From the NCBI GenBank assembly GCA_023248155.1, contig JAHFFE010000003.1, positions 212,159 to 276,158 on the forward strand: a stretch of DNA of 64,000 nt. The letters run 5' to 3'. Position numbers and translations under genes: made by a program. This DNA comes from Candidatus Omnitrophota bacterium. Its GTDB lineage: Bacteria; Omnitrophota; Gorgyraeia; 1-14-0-20-64-10. Below, in pieces: positions 18,901-27,707 of the stretch. The notes under the pieces were generated by a model. The model made no database searches. It worked only from the letters and a program-made list of their open reading frames with translations, and was not told the origin of the DNA. Position 1 is the stretch's first letter; every line of letters starts with the position of its first letter.

Positions 18901-19024
18901 TCTTAAGAAGACTTTGCGGGTCCGGGATCGACGACGGTGGTTTGTTCAATGACGAAAGAGAACTCAAATGGGACTGCATGATCTGGAATATCCCCGGCGT
19001 TAAAATTGGTTTTAATGTTGTCAA
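15923..19024 (-). CDS. UvrD/PcrA-family helicase fused to a C-terminal PD-(D/E)XK nuclease (AddA/AdnB-like); start uncertain
   Basis: LNPEQ, AGAGTGKT, VDEFQDTN, MTVHQAKGLEF, EERRLCYVA; nuclease GFIDRID..IIDYKSG, QIRLY; Cys pattern YCP...CKWCDFRTLCP. Confidence 0.93.
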   Translation of the reverse strand: MTTLKPILTPGIFQIMQSHLSSLSSLNKPPSSIPDPQSLLKSLNPEQQAAVCAPAGPLLILAGAGTGKTRVIAHRIAYRLASDPQLQPGQILAVTFSRRAAEEMRQRVDQLCDTAAESIQFFTFHGFCHSFLQDHAIRLGLPARFRLLDSTEAWIFFRSLLPELKLKHFWNLTDPTASIDGFLRFISRAKDELVFPAELLARSKQEQDSRDRSEAEEIARAYRIYQQRMHEAGFLDFGDLIVETIRALKERPALLQQMRQRFRLILVDEFQDTNVAQIELLKLVAGPQADLCVVGDDDQAIYRFRGASFSSFLLMKEAFPSLATVRLTQNYRSGPAILAASERLIRHNEPDRYDPQKKLWTDNKEMIPVQVEYCLDDLHETETALRIIRQRYQSQPEAERRWDRTAVLYRAHAHRDKLLQRLRREGIPFSVRGGFDLMEQPQIRDLTALLRVVDNPDDSVSLFRLLAHPVWGIAAEDLLAITRLARERKMQIYPLLKTIPGGLISAEAVQPVRQLLEEISQLRDCAARMEIDLLVNHIVSESFLKVIFRLPPTEQGNPWMLLGRFLRLVSRFVQTYPKAARLPDFLVYLDCLEKAPSSDLGSDEESDDARQDGVRLMTVHQAKGLEFDQVILLGMVQNRFPGRARSEAIPFPLDLMKESLPKGDYHLQEERRLCYVACTRAQRQLVLLTQDRSRYRPSVFLREMAAGAAAEEWKEFRASEPAAPSETTILESNPERTLLVQEREWLDLLDQLRQTGPAQIKDRQQLIGQIELFAKSVEPVLSPELPVKKPVPLPERLSFSQMETYRYCPLKYLYAYVYRIPVKSAPYMLFGTDLHDALEWFYQQRIEGNTPPREELAAHYEKLYETGRYGEAYVDAQYKKLGDEILQAYYRKHEKNWTTPLFLEKEFTLKIGEVAVHGFIDRIDPLPGGGVEIIDYKSGKPKEGATSEGQLQIRLYALAARDLFGLDPKQATFYYLRDQTALSFPQQAEDLDATRERVFELTQLIRSGNFDPIPSAIKCKWCDFRTLCPASKA

Positions 19025-19682
19025 TCAATAAGCGGACTGATTTAGCGTTTGGATGCGGGCGCGGAAACGCCACGTAGCCGTCGTAGGCGATCCCCGGATA
19101 AACAAATCCCGGCGCCAGGCGCGCCTGCTTAATCAAAAAATGCTGTTTGCGGCCGCCGCCTTCTCCAAACGCGCTGGCTACTTTCAAGGGAGCGCCGTAC
19201 GGTCCCGGCGCCATGTCGCCGGTAGTCCGCGCGAACGCCCACAGGTTCACGTCGGACTCCAACAGCGCCGAAATATTGTCGGGCGACAGCTCCGAGAACT
19301 GGATCCCGACACTGTCGATCAAAACAAAATTCTCCGGGTTGACCTGAATTTTTTTGTTTCCGGTGTTTTTGACTTTCGTGAAAAAAATCAGCGTTTGCTC
19401 AGGATAAGGATTTTTTCCGGCCAGTTTCCCGAAAATTTCTTTGTTGTTAAAAAACTTCTCCAATTCCGCGGCATTCGCATACCGCACGGTCACTTCAATT
19501 CCTTCCTTTGTCTGCGTCTCCGACGAGGGCTTAAGTCCGACGATTACTTTCATCCCTTCCGGCCGGCGCATTTCAATCTGTCCCTTGGGGCGTTCCAGGC
19601 TCGACAGCCGATTAGCGCAACCGGCCGTCGTCATAATTGAAACTGCCAGCAACACTCCTGTGGTTCTGGATAAGGTAATCAT
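18903..19682 (-). CDS. Hypothetical lipoprotein
   Basis: Signal peptide with TAGC lipobox; long ORF inside the operon. Confidence 0.7.
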   Translation of the reverse strand: MITLSRTTGVLLAVSIMTTAGCANRLSSLERPKGQIEMRRPEGMKVIVGLKPSSETQTKEGIEVTVRYANAAELEKFFNNKEIFGKLAGKNPYPEQTLIFFTKVKNTGNKKIQVNPENFVLIDSVGIQFSELSPDNISALLESDVNLWAFARTTGDMAPGPYGAPLKVASAFGEGGGRKQHFLIKQARLAPGFVYPGIAYDGYVAFPRPHPNAKSVRLLIDNIKTNFNAGDIPDHAVPFEFSFVIEQTTVVDPGPAKSS

Positions 19683-19686
19683 TGGA

Positions 19687-20373
19687 TTATGCCCCCTTCA
19701 CATTCCGGCGTTGGATTGAAAAATTAAGAAAACCGGAGATGAACGAACAATCCGGACGGCGCCAATCTCCCGTCATCTGAAATTCAAACGGCTCCCAATT
19801 GGAACCCACCCCTTCGGACTCCGGCAGCCAGTGCATCGTTTCCAACAGCGGACGCGTCAGCGCGCCGTGCGCGCGGATCCAGCCGTTGGGTTGTCCGATG
19901 GCCTGGCCGAAAACAATTACACGCGCCACCGTGCCCGACAAAAAGAGTTCCAGCAGATCCACACGATCCGGATATAACCAGACCGTGGCTAAACCACGAA
20001 ACGACAAAGAACCCGGAGAAACCGGTGCCAAACCGGGCGCATCCGGAACAGCCAGCGAACCGACATCCAATTCCATTGCGCCGGACCGCCAATAAGTTTT
20101 CAAACCGCCGTGCCAGAGAGAAAGGACGGGACGGACCTCCACATGGAGAGCGCGTAATTTCCAGCCCTGGGGTGATTCGATTTCCAGACTATCCAGATAA
20201 ATAGCTTTCAGCGGAGCCCACCGCGCCGAAGCGACAGAAACCGACCAGTCGCTGGAACGCGTCTGACGCGCAATGACTCCACGCACGAGTCTGGTCACCG
20301 GCCACGGATAGGTTCCGGCCGCCATAACCGCCACAACAGCGATCACTGCCATAATCCAGCGTCTGCGGTTCAT
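19687..20373 (-). CDS. Hypothetical membrane-anchored, beta-rich protein
   Basis: Basic N-terminus plus TM helix; ATGA coupling to the upstream gene. Confidence 0.6.
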   Translation of the reverse strand: MNRRRWIMAVIAVVAVMAAGTYPWPVTRLVRGVIARQTRSSDWSVSVASARWAPLKAIYLDSLEIESPQGWKLRALHVEVRPVLSLWHGGLKTYWRSGAMELDVGSLAVPDAPGLAPVSPGSLSFRGLATVWLYPDRVDLLELFLSGTVARVIVFGQAIGQPNGWIRAHGALTRPLLETMHWLPESEGVGSNWEPFEFQMTGDWRRPDCSFISGFLNFSIQRRNVKGA

Positions 20374-21890
20374 CGCCGAATCTCACGAAGATTCATCTGT
20401 GCCGGGGAATCGGCCAGCGTCCGTTCCATAACACCTTGTTTAACCAGCGTCAAAAATGCATCGACCACTTCAGGATCAAATTGCGACTTCGCGTGTGAAC
20501 CGATCTCGGCGGCGGCCTGTTCCAGCGTCATCGCAGGACGGTATGGGCGTTCCGAAATCATCGCTTCCAGCGCATTGGCAACCGCCAATATCCTGGCACC
20601 CAGCGGAATCGCATCTTTCTTGAGTCCTTTCGGATAACCGGTGCCGTCATACCGTTCATGATGGTACAAAATAATCGGAACGGCCGGTTCCAGAATTTCC
20701 AGGGGCCCCAGCAGATGAACCATTCGTGCCGGATGCGCGCGCACCTGTTCAAATTCCTGATCGGTCAGCGATCCGCTTTTATGCAAGATCTCCGTCGGAA
20801 TCCCAAGCCGGCCCGCGTTATGAAGCATTGCCGCGTAATGCAGCGACCGCTGCTGCAGTTCCGGCAAACGCATTTGACGGGCGATCGCCAGCGCAACATC
20901 GGCCAGCACCTGCGTACTGGGCAGATGTGCGGCATCATTGTCCATTTTGTCCAAAATGGCGCTTAAGCTGCGGATCGTTCCCCAGGTAACCCGTTCCTGC
21001 GTTTCGTACAGCTGGGCGTTCCGGATCGCCACGACGGCCTGTTCGGCCAGCGTAGTCAAAATTTCATGATCCAAGACCGTAAACGGCTTTGAAGATCGGG
21101 CCCGCTCAACCGAAATTACGCCGATACTTTCCTCTTCCATCATCGGCACGGCAATTAGAAACGGTTCTAGGTGGCTTTTACATGAACCGGCAACCCGTCC
21201 GATGATGCCGGTACCGATCCGTGACGCACGCGCCGGCGTAAAACGGCCCCTCCCGATACGAACCTCCGCCTTGGGAATCATCTTCTGTTTGACAGGGTCG
21301 GTCAGCCAGATGGAACAGGCCTGCGCCCGCATCACCTGGCACGACAAACGGGCCACGCGCGGAATCAATTCTTCGGTGTTGAGCATGGAGCTGATCAGAC
21401 GGTGCACCGTATGAACGGTAGCAAGCGCCGCGCAGCGCGGCTGAAGTGTCTCGGATAATGTTTTTAATTCGTCGGTTTTTTCAAGTTCCCGTCCAACCGA
21501 AACCAGCGCCGATTGTGTCAGGGAAACCTGCCCCAGATCCGGTATTTTTCCTCGATTGCAAACAGCCCAATAACCGAGCAAATGCCCTTTCTGCTGGACC
21601 GGAAAAATAACGGCCTGTTTCTCGGCCGGACATTCAAACAAAACCGGTTGAAGTTCTTTTTTTGATTGTTCAAACCGGGCAAGAAACTGGCGCTGACAAG
21701 TGGCTCTGTTCCGGGATGATTGACGGACGAATGCGCAGGACCGGCAGGCATCGGTGTAATCGAGGCGCTGCGGATCCGGATTTGTGACCACCCAGCTGAT
21801 CGAGTCGGGAGCGTTCTGTTTCCAGGCCTTATCAATTCCCTCAACGCCCGGGTTCGACACCCATGCAGGAATCTCCGTCCGATCGGACAT
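20370..21890 (-). CDS. PocR-like sensor plus GAF plus degenerate HD-GYP protein
   Basis: Cys pattern CAFVR...ATC...FECP; GAF (LAEQAVVAIRNAQLY); HHERYDGTGYP retained but HD is HN. Confidence 0.82.
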   Translation of the reverse strand: MSDRTEIPAWVSNPGVEGIDKAWKQNAPDSISWVVTNPDPQRLDYTDACRSCAFVRQSSRNRATCQRQFLARFEQSKKELQPVLFECPAEKQAVIFPVQQKGHLLGYWAVCNRGKIPDLGQVSLTQSALVSVGRELEKTDELKTLSETLQPRCAALATVHTVHRLISSMLNTEELIPRVARLSCQVMRAQACSIWLTDPVKQKMIPKAEVRIGRGRFTPARASRIGTGIIGRVAGSCKSHLEPFLIAVPMMEEESIGVISVERARSSKPFTVLDHEILTTLAEQAVVAIRNAQLYETQERVTWGTIRSLSAILDKMDNDAAHLPSTQVLADVALAIARQMRLPELQQRSLHYAAMLHNAGRLGIPTEILHKSGSLTDQEFEQVRAHPARMVHLLGPLEILEPAVPIILYHHERYDGTGYPKGLKKDAIPLGARILAVANALEAMISERPYRPAMTLEQAAAEIGSHAKSQFDPEVVDAFLTLVKQGVMERTLADSPAQMNLREIRR

Positions 21891-21940
21891 ACTGTCCTCC
21901 CCTGGTTTCCGATTAATTATACCTTATAGAACCGGTCTAG

Positions 21941-23086
21941 TTAAAACGGAGCGGCACAGTGGAAAATACGCTGGTACGACTGAACGGCGAAACGGTCGGT
22001 CATTCCGGCGATGTAATCGCAAATAACGCGGTGAGGATCTTCGGTTTTCCGGCGCGCACGCACGGCCGGCGGCAATAGTGCCGGATTTTTCAGATAGGCC
22101 TTGAACAATCGCCGCACGATGCGCCTTCCCTGATCGGTAGTGCGGACCACTTTGGGATGATGATACAACCGCTGATGCAGAAAACGCTTTAACGGATCGC
22201 GCAGCCGGACCATTTCATCGCTAAAAGCGACGATCGGGACCGGAAGCCCCCGCACCGAATCCGGCGTGCGGACGCGCGTGCGTTTCAAACGCCGTTCGGA
22301 CTCCTCCAACAAATCGGTGACGCGCCAATCGATCAGCCGGCGGATGATCTGGACCCACCGCATTTTATCGGGCAAACCGGGAAAATCATGGGCCACCGCA
22401 TCGGAAGCGCTTCGGTAAAGCGGAATTTCCAGGAGTTCCGATTCTTTTAAAATTCCTGATTTTAATCCGTCGTCGAGATCGTGATGGTCATAAGCGATTT
22501 CATCGGAGACATCGACTACCTGCGCTTCCAGGCTTAACTGGCGGGATGGACTGCCGGAGGACTGCCCCGCAACCCGGACGCGGTGTTTATTAAGCCCCTC
22601 GCGGACTTCAAAGCTTAAGTTAAGGCCCGGAAACTCCGGATAGCGCTCTTCCAGAAAATCGACCAGCCGCAGCGTATGGAGGTTATGATCAAACCCGCCG
22701 AAATCACGCATCAGCTCGCGCAGCGCATCCTCGCCGGCATGGCCGAACGGACCGTGTCCCAAATCATGCGCCAGCGCGATGGAGCGGGTCAGATCGAAAT
22801 TCAGACGCAACGCGCGCGCGACCGTCTCGGCAATCTGCGCCGCTTCCAGCGAATGGGTCAGGCGGGTACGGTACGAAGAACCTTCGCGCGCGACGAAGAC
22901 CTGGGTTTTATATTCCAACCGGCGGAATGCCGTGCAATGGATGATGCGGTCATGATCGCGCTGAAAACAGGTGCGGTACGGATGCTCGGCTTCCGCGTAA
23001 ACGCGGCCGCGGGATCGCGCCGCATGCAGCGCATACGGAGCCAGCACTTTGTTTTCGATCGCTTCCCACTGTCGGCGGGTCAGCAT
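21941..23086 (-). CDS. dgt: Deoxyguanosinetriphosphate triphosphohydrolase
   Basis: FQRDHDRIIH, KTQVF, RTRLTHSLE, HDLGHGPFGHAGE, DYIAGMTD. Confidence 0.95.
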   Translation of the reverse strand: MLTRRQWEAIENKVLAPYALHAARSRGRVYAEAEHPYRTCFQRDHDRIIHCTAFRRLEYKTQVFVAREGSSYRTRLTHSLEAAQIAETVARALRLNFDLTRSIALAHDLGHGPFGHAGEDALRELMRDFGGFDHNLHTLRLVDFLEERYPEFPGLNLSFEVREGLNKHRVRVAGQSSGSPSRQLSLEAQVVDVSDEIAYDHHDLDDGLKSGILKESELLEIPLYRSASDAVAHDFPGLPDKMRWVQIIRRLIDWRVTDLLEESERRLKRTRVRTPDSVRGLPVPIVAFSDEMVRLRDPLKRFLHQRLYHHPKVVRTTDQGRRIVRRLFKAYLKNPALLPPAVRARRKTEDPHRVICDYIAGMTDRFAVQSYQRIFHCAAPF

Positions 23087-23099
23087 CGGAAGAAGCCCG

Positions 23100-23597
23100 T
23101 TACCGCGCCCGCGAGGATGTCAGCAGCCGGTGCGCCGCTGCCAGCGACTGCGAAATTACTTTTACGCCGGGAATGACCGGCATGAAATTGGTATCGCCGG
23201 GCCAGCGCGGAACAATATGCAGATGAATATGCCCCGGAATACCGGCGCCTGCCACGCGCCCCATATTGATGCCGAGGTTGTATCCCTCCGGATGGAGCAC
23301 CTTGTCGATTTTCTGCATAGACCGGTTGGCCAGCGCAAACAGATCGGTCAGTTCGGCAGGAGTCAATGTATCGAGGCGCGCCAGATGGCGGTACGGAGTG
23401 ATTAATAAATGGCCGTTATTGTACGGATATTTGTTGAGCATCGAGAAACAGTGCGTGCTTTTCTCGACTACCAGATTGCGCGAATTGGGAGACTGTTTCC
23501 CTTTTTGGCAGAAAAGGCACCCTTTCGGCTCACCTTTGCGGGCCGACGCAATGTAATTCAACCGCCAGGGAGCCCATAACCGCTGCCGGTCCGTCAT
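23100..23597 (-). CDS. HIT-family hydrolase/Ap4A phosphorylase-like protein
   Basis: LWAPWR, CLFC, NKYPYNNGH, HIHLHIVPRW.GDTNF. Confidence 0.93.
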   Translation of the reverse strand: MTDRQRLWAPWRLNYIASARKGEPKGCLFCQKGKQSPNSRNLVVEKSTHCFSMLNKYPYNNGHLLITPYRHLARLDTLTPAELTDLFALANRSMQKIDKVLHPEGYNLGINMGRVAGAGIPGHIHLHIVPRWPGDTNFMPVIPGVKVISQSLAAAHRLLTSSRAR

Positions 23598-25324
23598 CCG
23601 GTCCGTCCCTCATCAGCACCGAACAGATCGCCGGCAACCGGCCGGTTCGCGGAAATTTCAGAAACAGAACGGAGCGATCCGCCGGAAAATTCGGCGGCAA
23701 CCGGAGCTGCCCATCTCGGAAGGCCGTACCAATCACACAATGAATCGAAAACAGAAAGATCCCATAATTTAATTTTCGCTTCCTGCAGCATTAAACGGGC
23801 GTTCAGATCAACAGGATGCGGTCCCAATACCAACTTATGCGCCGTTTTCCATTCGGCATGCGAACGAATCCGCTGAATCAGACGGCGCGCCGCCGTTTCG
23901 TCGAGCGATCCCGGGCAGGCGATCACAATCCAATCTTTCTGAACACCCCCGCTGCGCGCATGCAACGCCGTGGCTGAAACAAACGGCACCGGGTCTACTG
24001 ATCCAAACCGTGGCAACCGATGAACTCGGCCTTCAATTTCCAACCGTTCGCCGTTCCACTGGCGCAGAAGCCTAGCCGCCCATGCGCCGAGCGGCTGATC
24101 GGCCACTTCGCGCATTTGCAGCAGCCATCGCCAGACGCGATCCCGGAAATAAAGTTGTGCCTGCTCGGAACCGGCCAACCCCAACCCGTGCGACACCGGA
24201 TAAGCGGTCCGCATCCAGAGCGCAAACAAACGTTCCGGAATAAAATAAAAAACACCCTGATGCGCCAGCAAACCGGATTGCTCCAGCATTCCCAGCGCCC
24301 TCAGAACAATCTGCATCGGTTTATGAACCGTTTGAGCCAGCTGCGAAATTTTCTGCTTGCCTTCCGATACCGCCTGCAGCAGCTCAAAACAGAGAGGACG
24401 TTCGGGGCATTCGGGAATACTGCTTAGCCGTTCTTCATACTGCGCGGAAAGAACCGCCTGCGGATCAAGGAAAACCGCCTCGAGAAGATCAATCATGCAG
24501 GCATCGGGATTTTGAGACACTATGAGCCCGGGAATACGACGCAACGCCTCCATCAGAAAATAAAGACGGGACGGATGCCCCTGCGCCAGATCAATCAATA
24601 ACCGTTCGGTCAGCGGATGAAATTCTGTTCCAGGCGTCAGCTCGCGGAGTGCTTTCCGGCAGCTTTCCGCCGATAACGGCTTTAACTCCACCACTTCAAA
24701 CTGCCCGAATAACAGCGCCAACCCTTCGCGCAAAATGGCGCGCGCTTCATATAATTCCGAGGAACTAAGCAAAAAGAGCGTCGAGTTCTGCACCATCACG
24801 CGCTGGCCCAACAGGCGGAACGGCTGTTTGAACGGCATGCGGGAAAGACGGTGAAACTCATCGATCAGCAGCACCACGCGGCACCCGGTCTCTTCGTGAA
24901 ACAACGCCGGCAGATCCCAGATCAAACCAGCCATTGTTTCCCAGCGGGAACCTTCCGATAATTCAATAATTTTTTGCGCGCCGGTGGCGGTTTTTGGAAA
25001 AAAGCGGCGGGAGCTTTCCAGAATCTCAGTCCAGCTGGCTGGAAGCGATCCTTCCATACGCGTCTGAAGCGATCCATACAGAAATGATTGGACGAAACGG
25101 CGGGCCCATTCACGGAACGGTTCGTTTTCCTTTATCTCGGCATAGATTAAAACCATCTGTTCGGTCGCCGGAAATTCACGCTGAAGCCGGCGCAGCAGCG
25201 CCGTTTTTCCCATGCCGGGCTCTCCAAGCAACGAAAGGTTCTGCCGGTAGCCGGCGAGGAACCCCTGAATCCGTTTCCGGAACAGGGTCAGCGGCTCTTC
25301 GCGGTCAAACCAGATCGTTTTCAT
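23594..25324 (-). CDS. Archaeal-type AAA ATPase with winged helix and C-terminal endonuclease-like fold
   Basis: FDRE, Walker A GEPGMGKT, Walker B LLIDEF, GHP, wHTH region (LAQTVHK..VLRALGMLEQSGLL). Confidence 0.7.
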   Translation of the reverse strand: MKTIWFDREEPLTLFRKRIQGFLAGYRQNLSLLGEPGMGKTALLRRLQREFPATEQMVLIYAEIKENEPFREWARRFVQSFLYGSLQTRMEGSLPASWTEILESSRRFFPKTATGAQKIIELSEGSRWETMAGLIWDLPALFHEETGCRVVLLIDEFHRLSRMPFKQPFRLLGQRVMVQNSTLFLLSSSELYEARAILREGLALLFGQFEVVELKPLSAESCRKALRELTPGTEFHPLTERLLIDLAQGHPSRLYFLMEALRRIPGLIVSQNPDACMIDLLEAVFLDPQAVLSAQYEERLSSIPECPERPLCFELLQAVSEGKQKISQLAQTVHKPMQIVLRALGMLEQSGLLAHQGVFYFIPERLFALWMRTAYPVSHGLGLAGSEQAQLYFRDRVWRWLLQMREVADQPLGAWAARLLRQWNGERLEIEGRVHRLPRFGSVDPVPFVSATALHARSGGVQKDWIVIACPGSLDETAARRLIQRIRSHAEWKTAHKLVLGPHPVDLNARLMLQEAKIKLWDLSVFDSLCDWYGLPRWAAPVAAEFSGGSLRSVSEISANRPVAGDLFGADEGRTG

Positions 25325-26049
25325 GGAAGATAGTAGAGAGGGTTTTGCGGTTTCTGACGGCGGCGGATTTCAAAATGAAGCGCCGGAACTTCGGTGCGGC
25401 CGGTTTTCCCGACGCGCGCGATCACCTGCCGCTGCGCCACGGAATCACCGGAGCGGACCAGTATCTGGTCAATGTAGGCATAGACGGTGGCAAACCCGCC
25501 GCCATGTTCAACAATGATCGTTTTTCCGAATCCGGGGAGCGCTTCGTGCACGAAGGAGACCCGGCCGCTGCGCGAAGCGCGCACATCGGACCCTCCGGGT
25601 GCCTGAATATCGACGCCTTTGTTCATATTCCCTTTTCGGCGCGATCCGAAAATGGAAATGACGCGGCCGTCCACCGGCCATACGAAATCACCGGAGTCGC
25701 CCGGAACCGGACCCACGGAACGCTCCGGGGGAAGATATCGGGAAGCCGGCTCGGAAGCAACCGGCGGGGATTCGCGCGGCGCCGGCGCGGCGGTTCCTGA
25801 ACGCGGAATCACAAGCCGCTGCCCTACTTCAATCTGCGAAGCGTCAGAAATCCGGTTCGCTTCCACCAGATCGGACAGTTCTATTCCATACTGGCGGGAG
25901 ATCGACCATAAGGTTTCGCCTTTAGCGACGATATGCCCGCCGCCTGAAGAAAACGACGGGCCGGAAGAGGGATAATTTGCCGGATAGGGCGTACAAGCGG
26001 AAAGAACCAACGCCATTAAAAGTAGAACAATTCCCTGCTGTTTCACCAT
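25321..26049 (-). CDS. LysM plus M23 peptidase-family lipoprotein (NlpD-like)
   Basis: LSAC lipobox, HIVAKGETLWSIS LysM, WPVDG, NKGVD, LHFEIR. Confidence 0.92.
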   Translation of the reverse strand: MVKQQGIVLLLMALVLSACTPYPANYPSSGPSFSSGGGHIVAKGETLWSISRQYGIELSDLVEANRISDASQIEVGQRLVIPRSGTAAPAPRESPPVASEPASRYLPPERSVGPVPGDSGDFVWPVDGRVISIFGSRRKGNMNKGVDIQAPGGSDVRASRSGRVSFVHEALPGFGKTIIVEHGGGFATVYAYIDQILVRSGDSVAQRQVIARVGKTGRTEVPALHFEIRRRQKPQNPLYYLP

Positions 26050-26075
26050 ATCCCCCTGTACGCAGTCGCCTCATT

Positions 26076-26149
26076 TGGAGCGGGTGGGGGGAATCGAACC
26101 CCCATAATCAGCTTGGGAAGCTGATGTTCTGCCACTGAACTACACCCGC
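26076..26149 (-). tRNA. tRNA-Gly(CCC)
   Basis: GCGGGTGTAGTTCAGTGGCAGAAC...TCAGC-TTCCCAA-GCTGA...GGTTCGATTCC...CCCGCTCCA; 74 nt with encoded CCA. Confidence 0.97.
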
Positions 26150-26166
26150 TAAAACTCCCTACTATT

Positions 26167-27069
26167 CTACAACCGAACAGGCCGCGACGACGACTGAAAA
26201 ACACGGCTGCGCCGCAGCAATTCCGCCTTGGTCAGATTGGTCATACGGGTCGGTCCAAAATCCTCGATCGTCATGGAAGCGGCCACCGAAGCATATTGAA
26301 TCGCCCGGCATAAATGCGCCCAGGACAACGACCGGTGCGACGCCAGATAGCCCATGCAGGTTCCGGCAAACGAATCCCCGGCCCCGGTCGGATCGACCAC
26401 CTGTGTGATCGGGTAACTCGGCAAAGAAAAGAAGGCATCTTTGGTTGCCGCGAGAACGCCGTGCTCCCCTTTTTTGACGATCGCCACCTTGGGTCCCATG
26501 CGTGCCAGCTGGCGGGTCGCCTGGACCAGCCCATGCTCGCCGGTCAACAAGCGCGTTTCGCTGTCGTTCAGAAAAATAATGTCCATCTTTTTGAGCAGGC
26601 CAAGAAACTGCTTGCGGTTATTCTTAATCCAATCGTCGCGCGAGTCGCAGGCCACAATCTTGGGCGATTTGAGTTGGCGCAAAACCTGCCACTGCAGCGT
26701 CGGATGAATATTGCCAAGGAATGCGTACGGCATCCGGGACTGTGCGGGAGTGAGCACCGGCTGAAATTCAAGAAAAACACCCAGATCCAGCTTCAGCGTT
26801 TCGGCCTGGTAATCGCGGTTGTACCGGCCTTTCCAGTAAAAAGTTTTTCCCGGTTTGTGGGTCAGGCCGCTGGCCAGTTTCTTCTTGGCAAGCAGCTGCG
26901 AATATTGTTTTGGGAAATCGGACCCGACGACGGCCACCATCACGGTATCGGTCCAGACACGGGACGCCAACGCCGCGTACGTGGCCGAACCGCCCAGCAC
27001 CTGATTGACTTTTCCCCACGGTGTTTCGATTGAATCAATCGCGACCGATCCGATAATCAGTAAACTCAT
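26167..27069 (-). CDS. PfkB-family carbohydrate/nucleoside kinase
   Basis: GSVAIDS...LGGSATY, KKGEHG, DPTGAGDSF. Confidence 0.93.
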   Translation of the reverse strand: MSLLIIGSVAIDSIETPWGKVNQVLGGSATYAALASRVWTDTVMVAVVGSDFPKQYSQLLAKKKLASGLTHKPGKTFYWKGRYNRDYQAETLKLDLGVFLEFQPVLTPAQSRMPYAFLGNIHPTLQWQVLRQLKSPKIVACDSRDDWIKNNRKQFLGLLKKMDIIFLNDSETRLLTGEHGLVQATRQLARMGPKVAIVKKGEHGVLAATKDAFFSLPSYPITQVVDPTGAGDSFAGTCMGYLASHRSLSWAHLCRAIQYASVAASMTIEDFGPTRMTNLTKAELLRRSRVFQSSSRPVRL

Positions 27070-27707
27070 CCGGTTAATATCCCCTTTAATTGACGAGCCG
27101 CTGCTTCCGGATCGGAGGCAGCGGCAATGGCCCGCACGACAGCCGAGCGAGGTGCACCTGCTGATAATACCAAAGGCAGATTCTCAGGGTCAATGCCGCC
27201 GATCGCCACCCATGGAATTTTCAACGGCGATTCGGCGACCTGGCGCACCAGCTCCAGACCAACCGCCGCGTAATCCGGTTTGGTGGGCGTTGCGAAGACC
27301 GGACCGACGCCGATGTAATCGGCCCCTTCCGCTTCCGCCTGAATTGCTTCCGTCAGTGAATGGGTCGAGCGGCCGATCCAGATTGAGGGTCCCACCAGCG
27401 CGCGCGCCACGGCCACCGGAAGATCCTGATGGCCCAAATGAACGCCGTCGGCGCGAACCAGCATGGCCATCTCAACACGATCGTTCACGACGAACGCTTT
27501 CCCATGCCGGCGCGTCAGCGCGCGCAAAGTCCGCGCGGCCGCGTAATAATCGGAATCGGAAGCGGTCTTGTCGCGCCACTGAAGGATATCCACTCCGCCG
27601 CGCAGAGCCGCCTCGGCGACCGAAACAAAATCACGGTCTCCGATCGCGGAGCGGTCAAGAACCAGATAAAGACGAGAGCCGGCGAAAGAGGGTTTGCTCG
27701 AGGTCAT
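27066..27707 (-). CDS. thiE: Thiamine-phosphate synthase
   Basis: QWRDK, VNDR, DGVHLGHQD, GRSTH, GPVFATPTK, AIGGI. Confidence 0.95.
   Translation of the reverse strand: MTSSKPSFAGSRLYLVLDRSAIGDRDFVSVAEAALRGGVDILQWRDKTASDSDYYAAARTLRALTRRHGKAFVVNDRVEMAMLVRADGVHLGHQDLPVAVARALVGPSIWIGRSTHSLTEAIQAEAEGADYIGVGPVFATPTKPDYAAVGLELVRQVAESPLKIPWVAIGGIDPENLPLVLSAGAPRSAVVRAIAAASDPEAAARQLKGILTG

Noticed and set aside
21941-23086. dgt as a stand-alone antiphage dGTPase
   Set aside because: Size and motifs fit the common housekeeping type
26076-26149. tRNA-Gly as an integration site for an island
   Set aside because: No integrase, no duplicated tRNA 3' end seen and no obvious compositional shift
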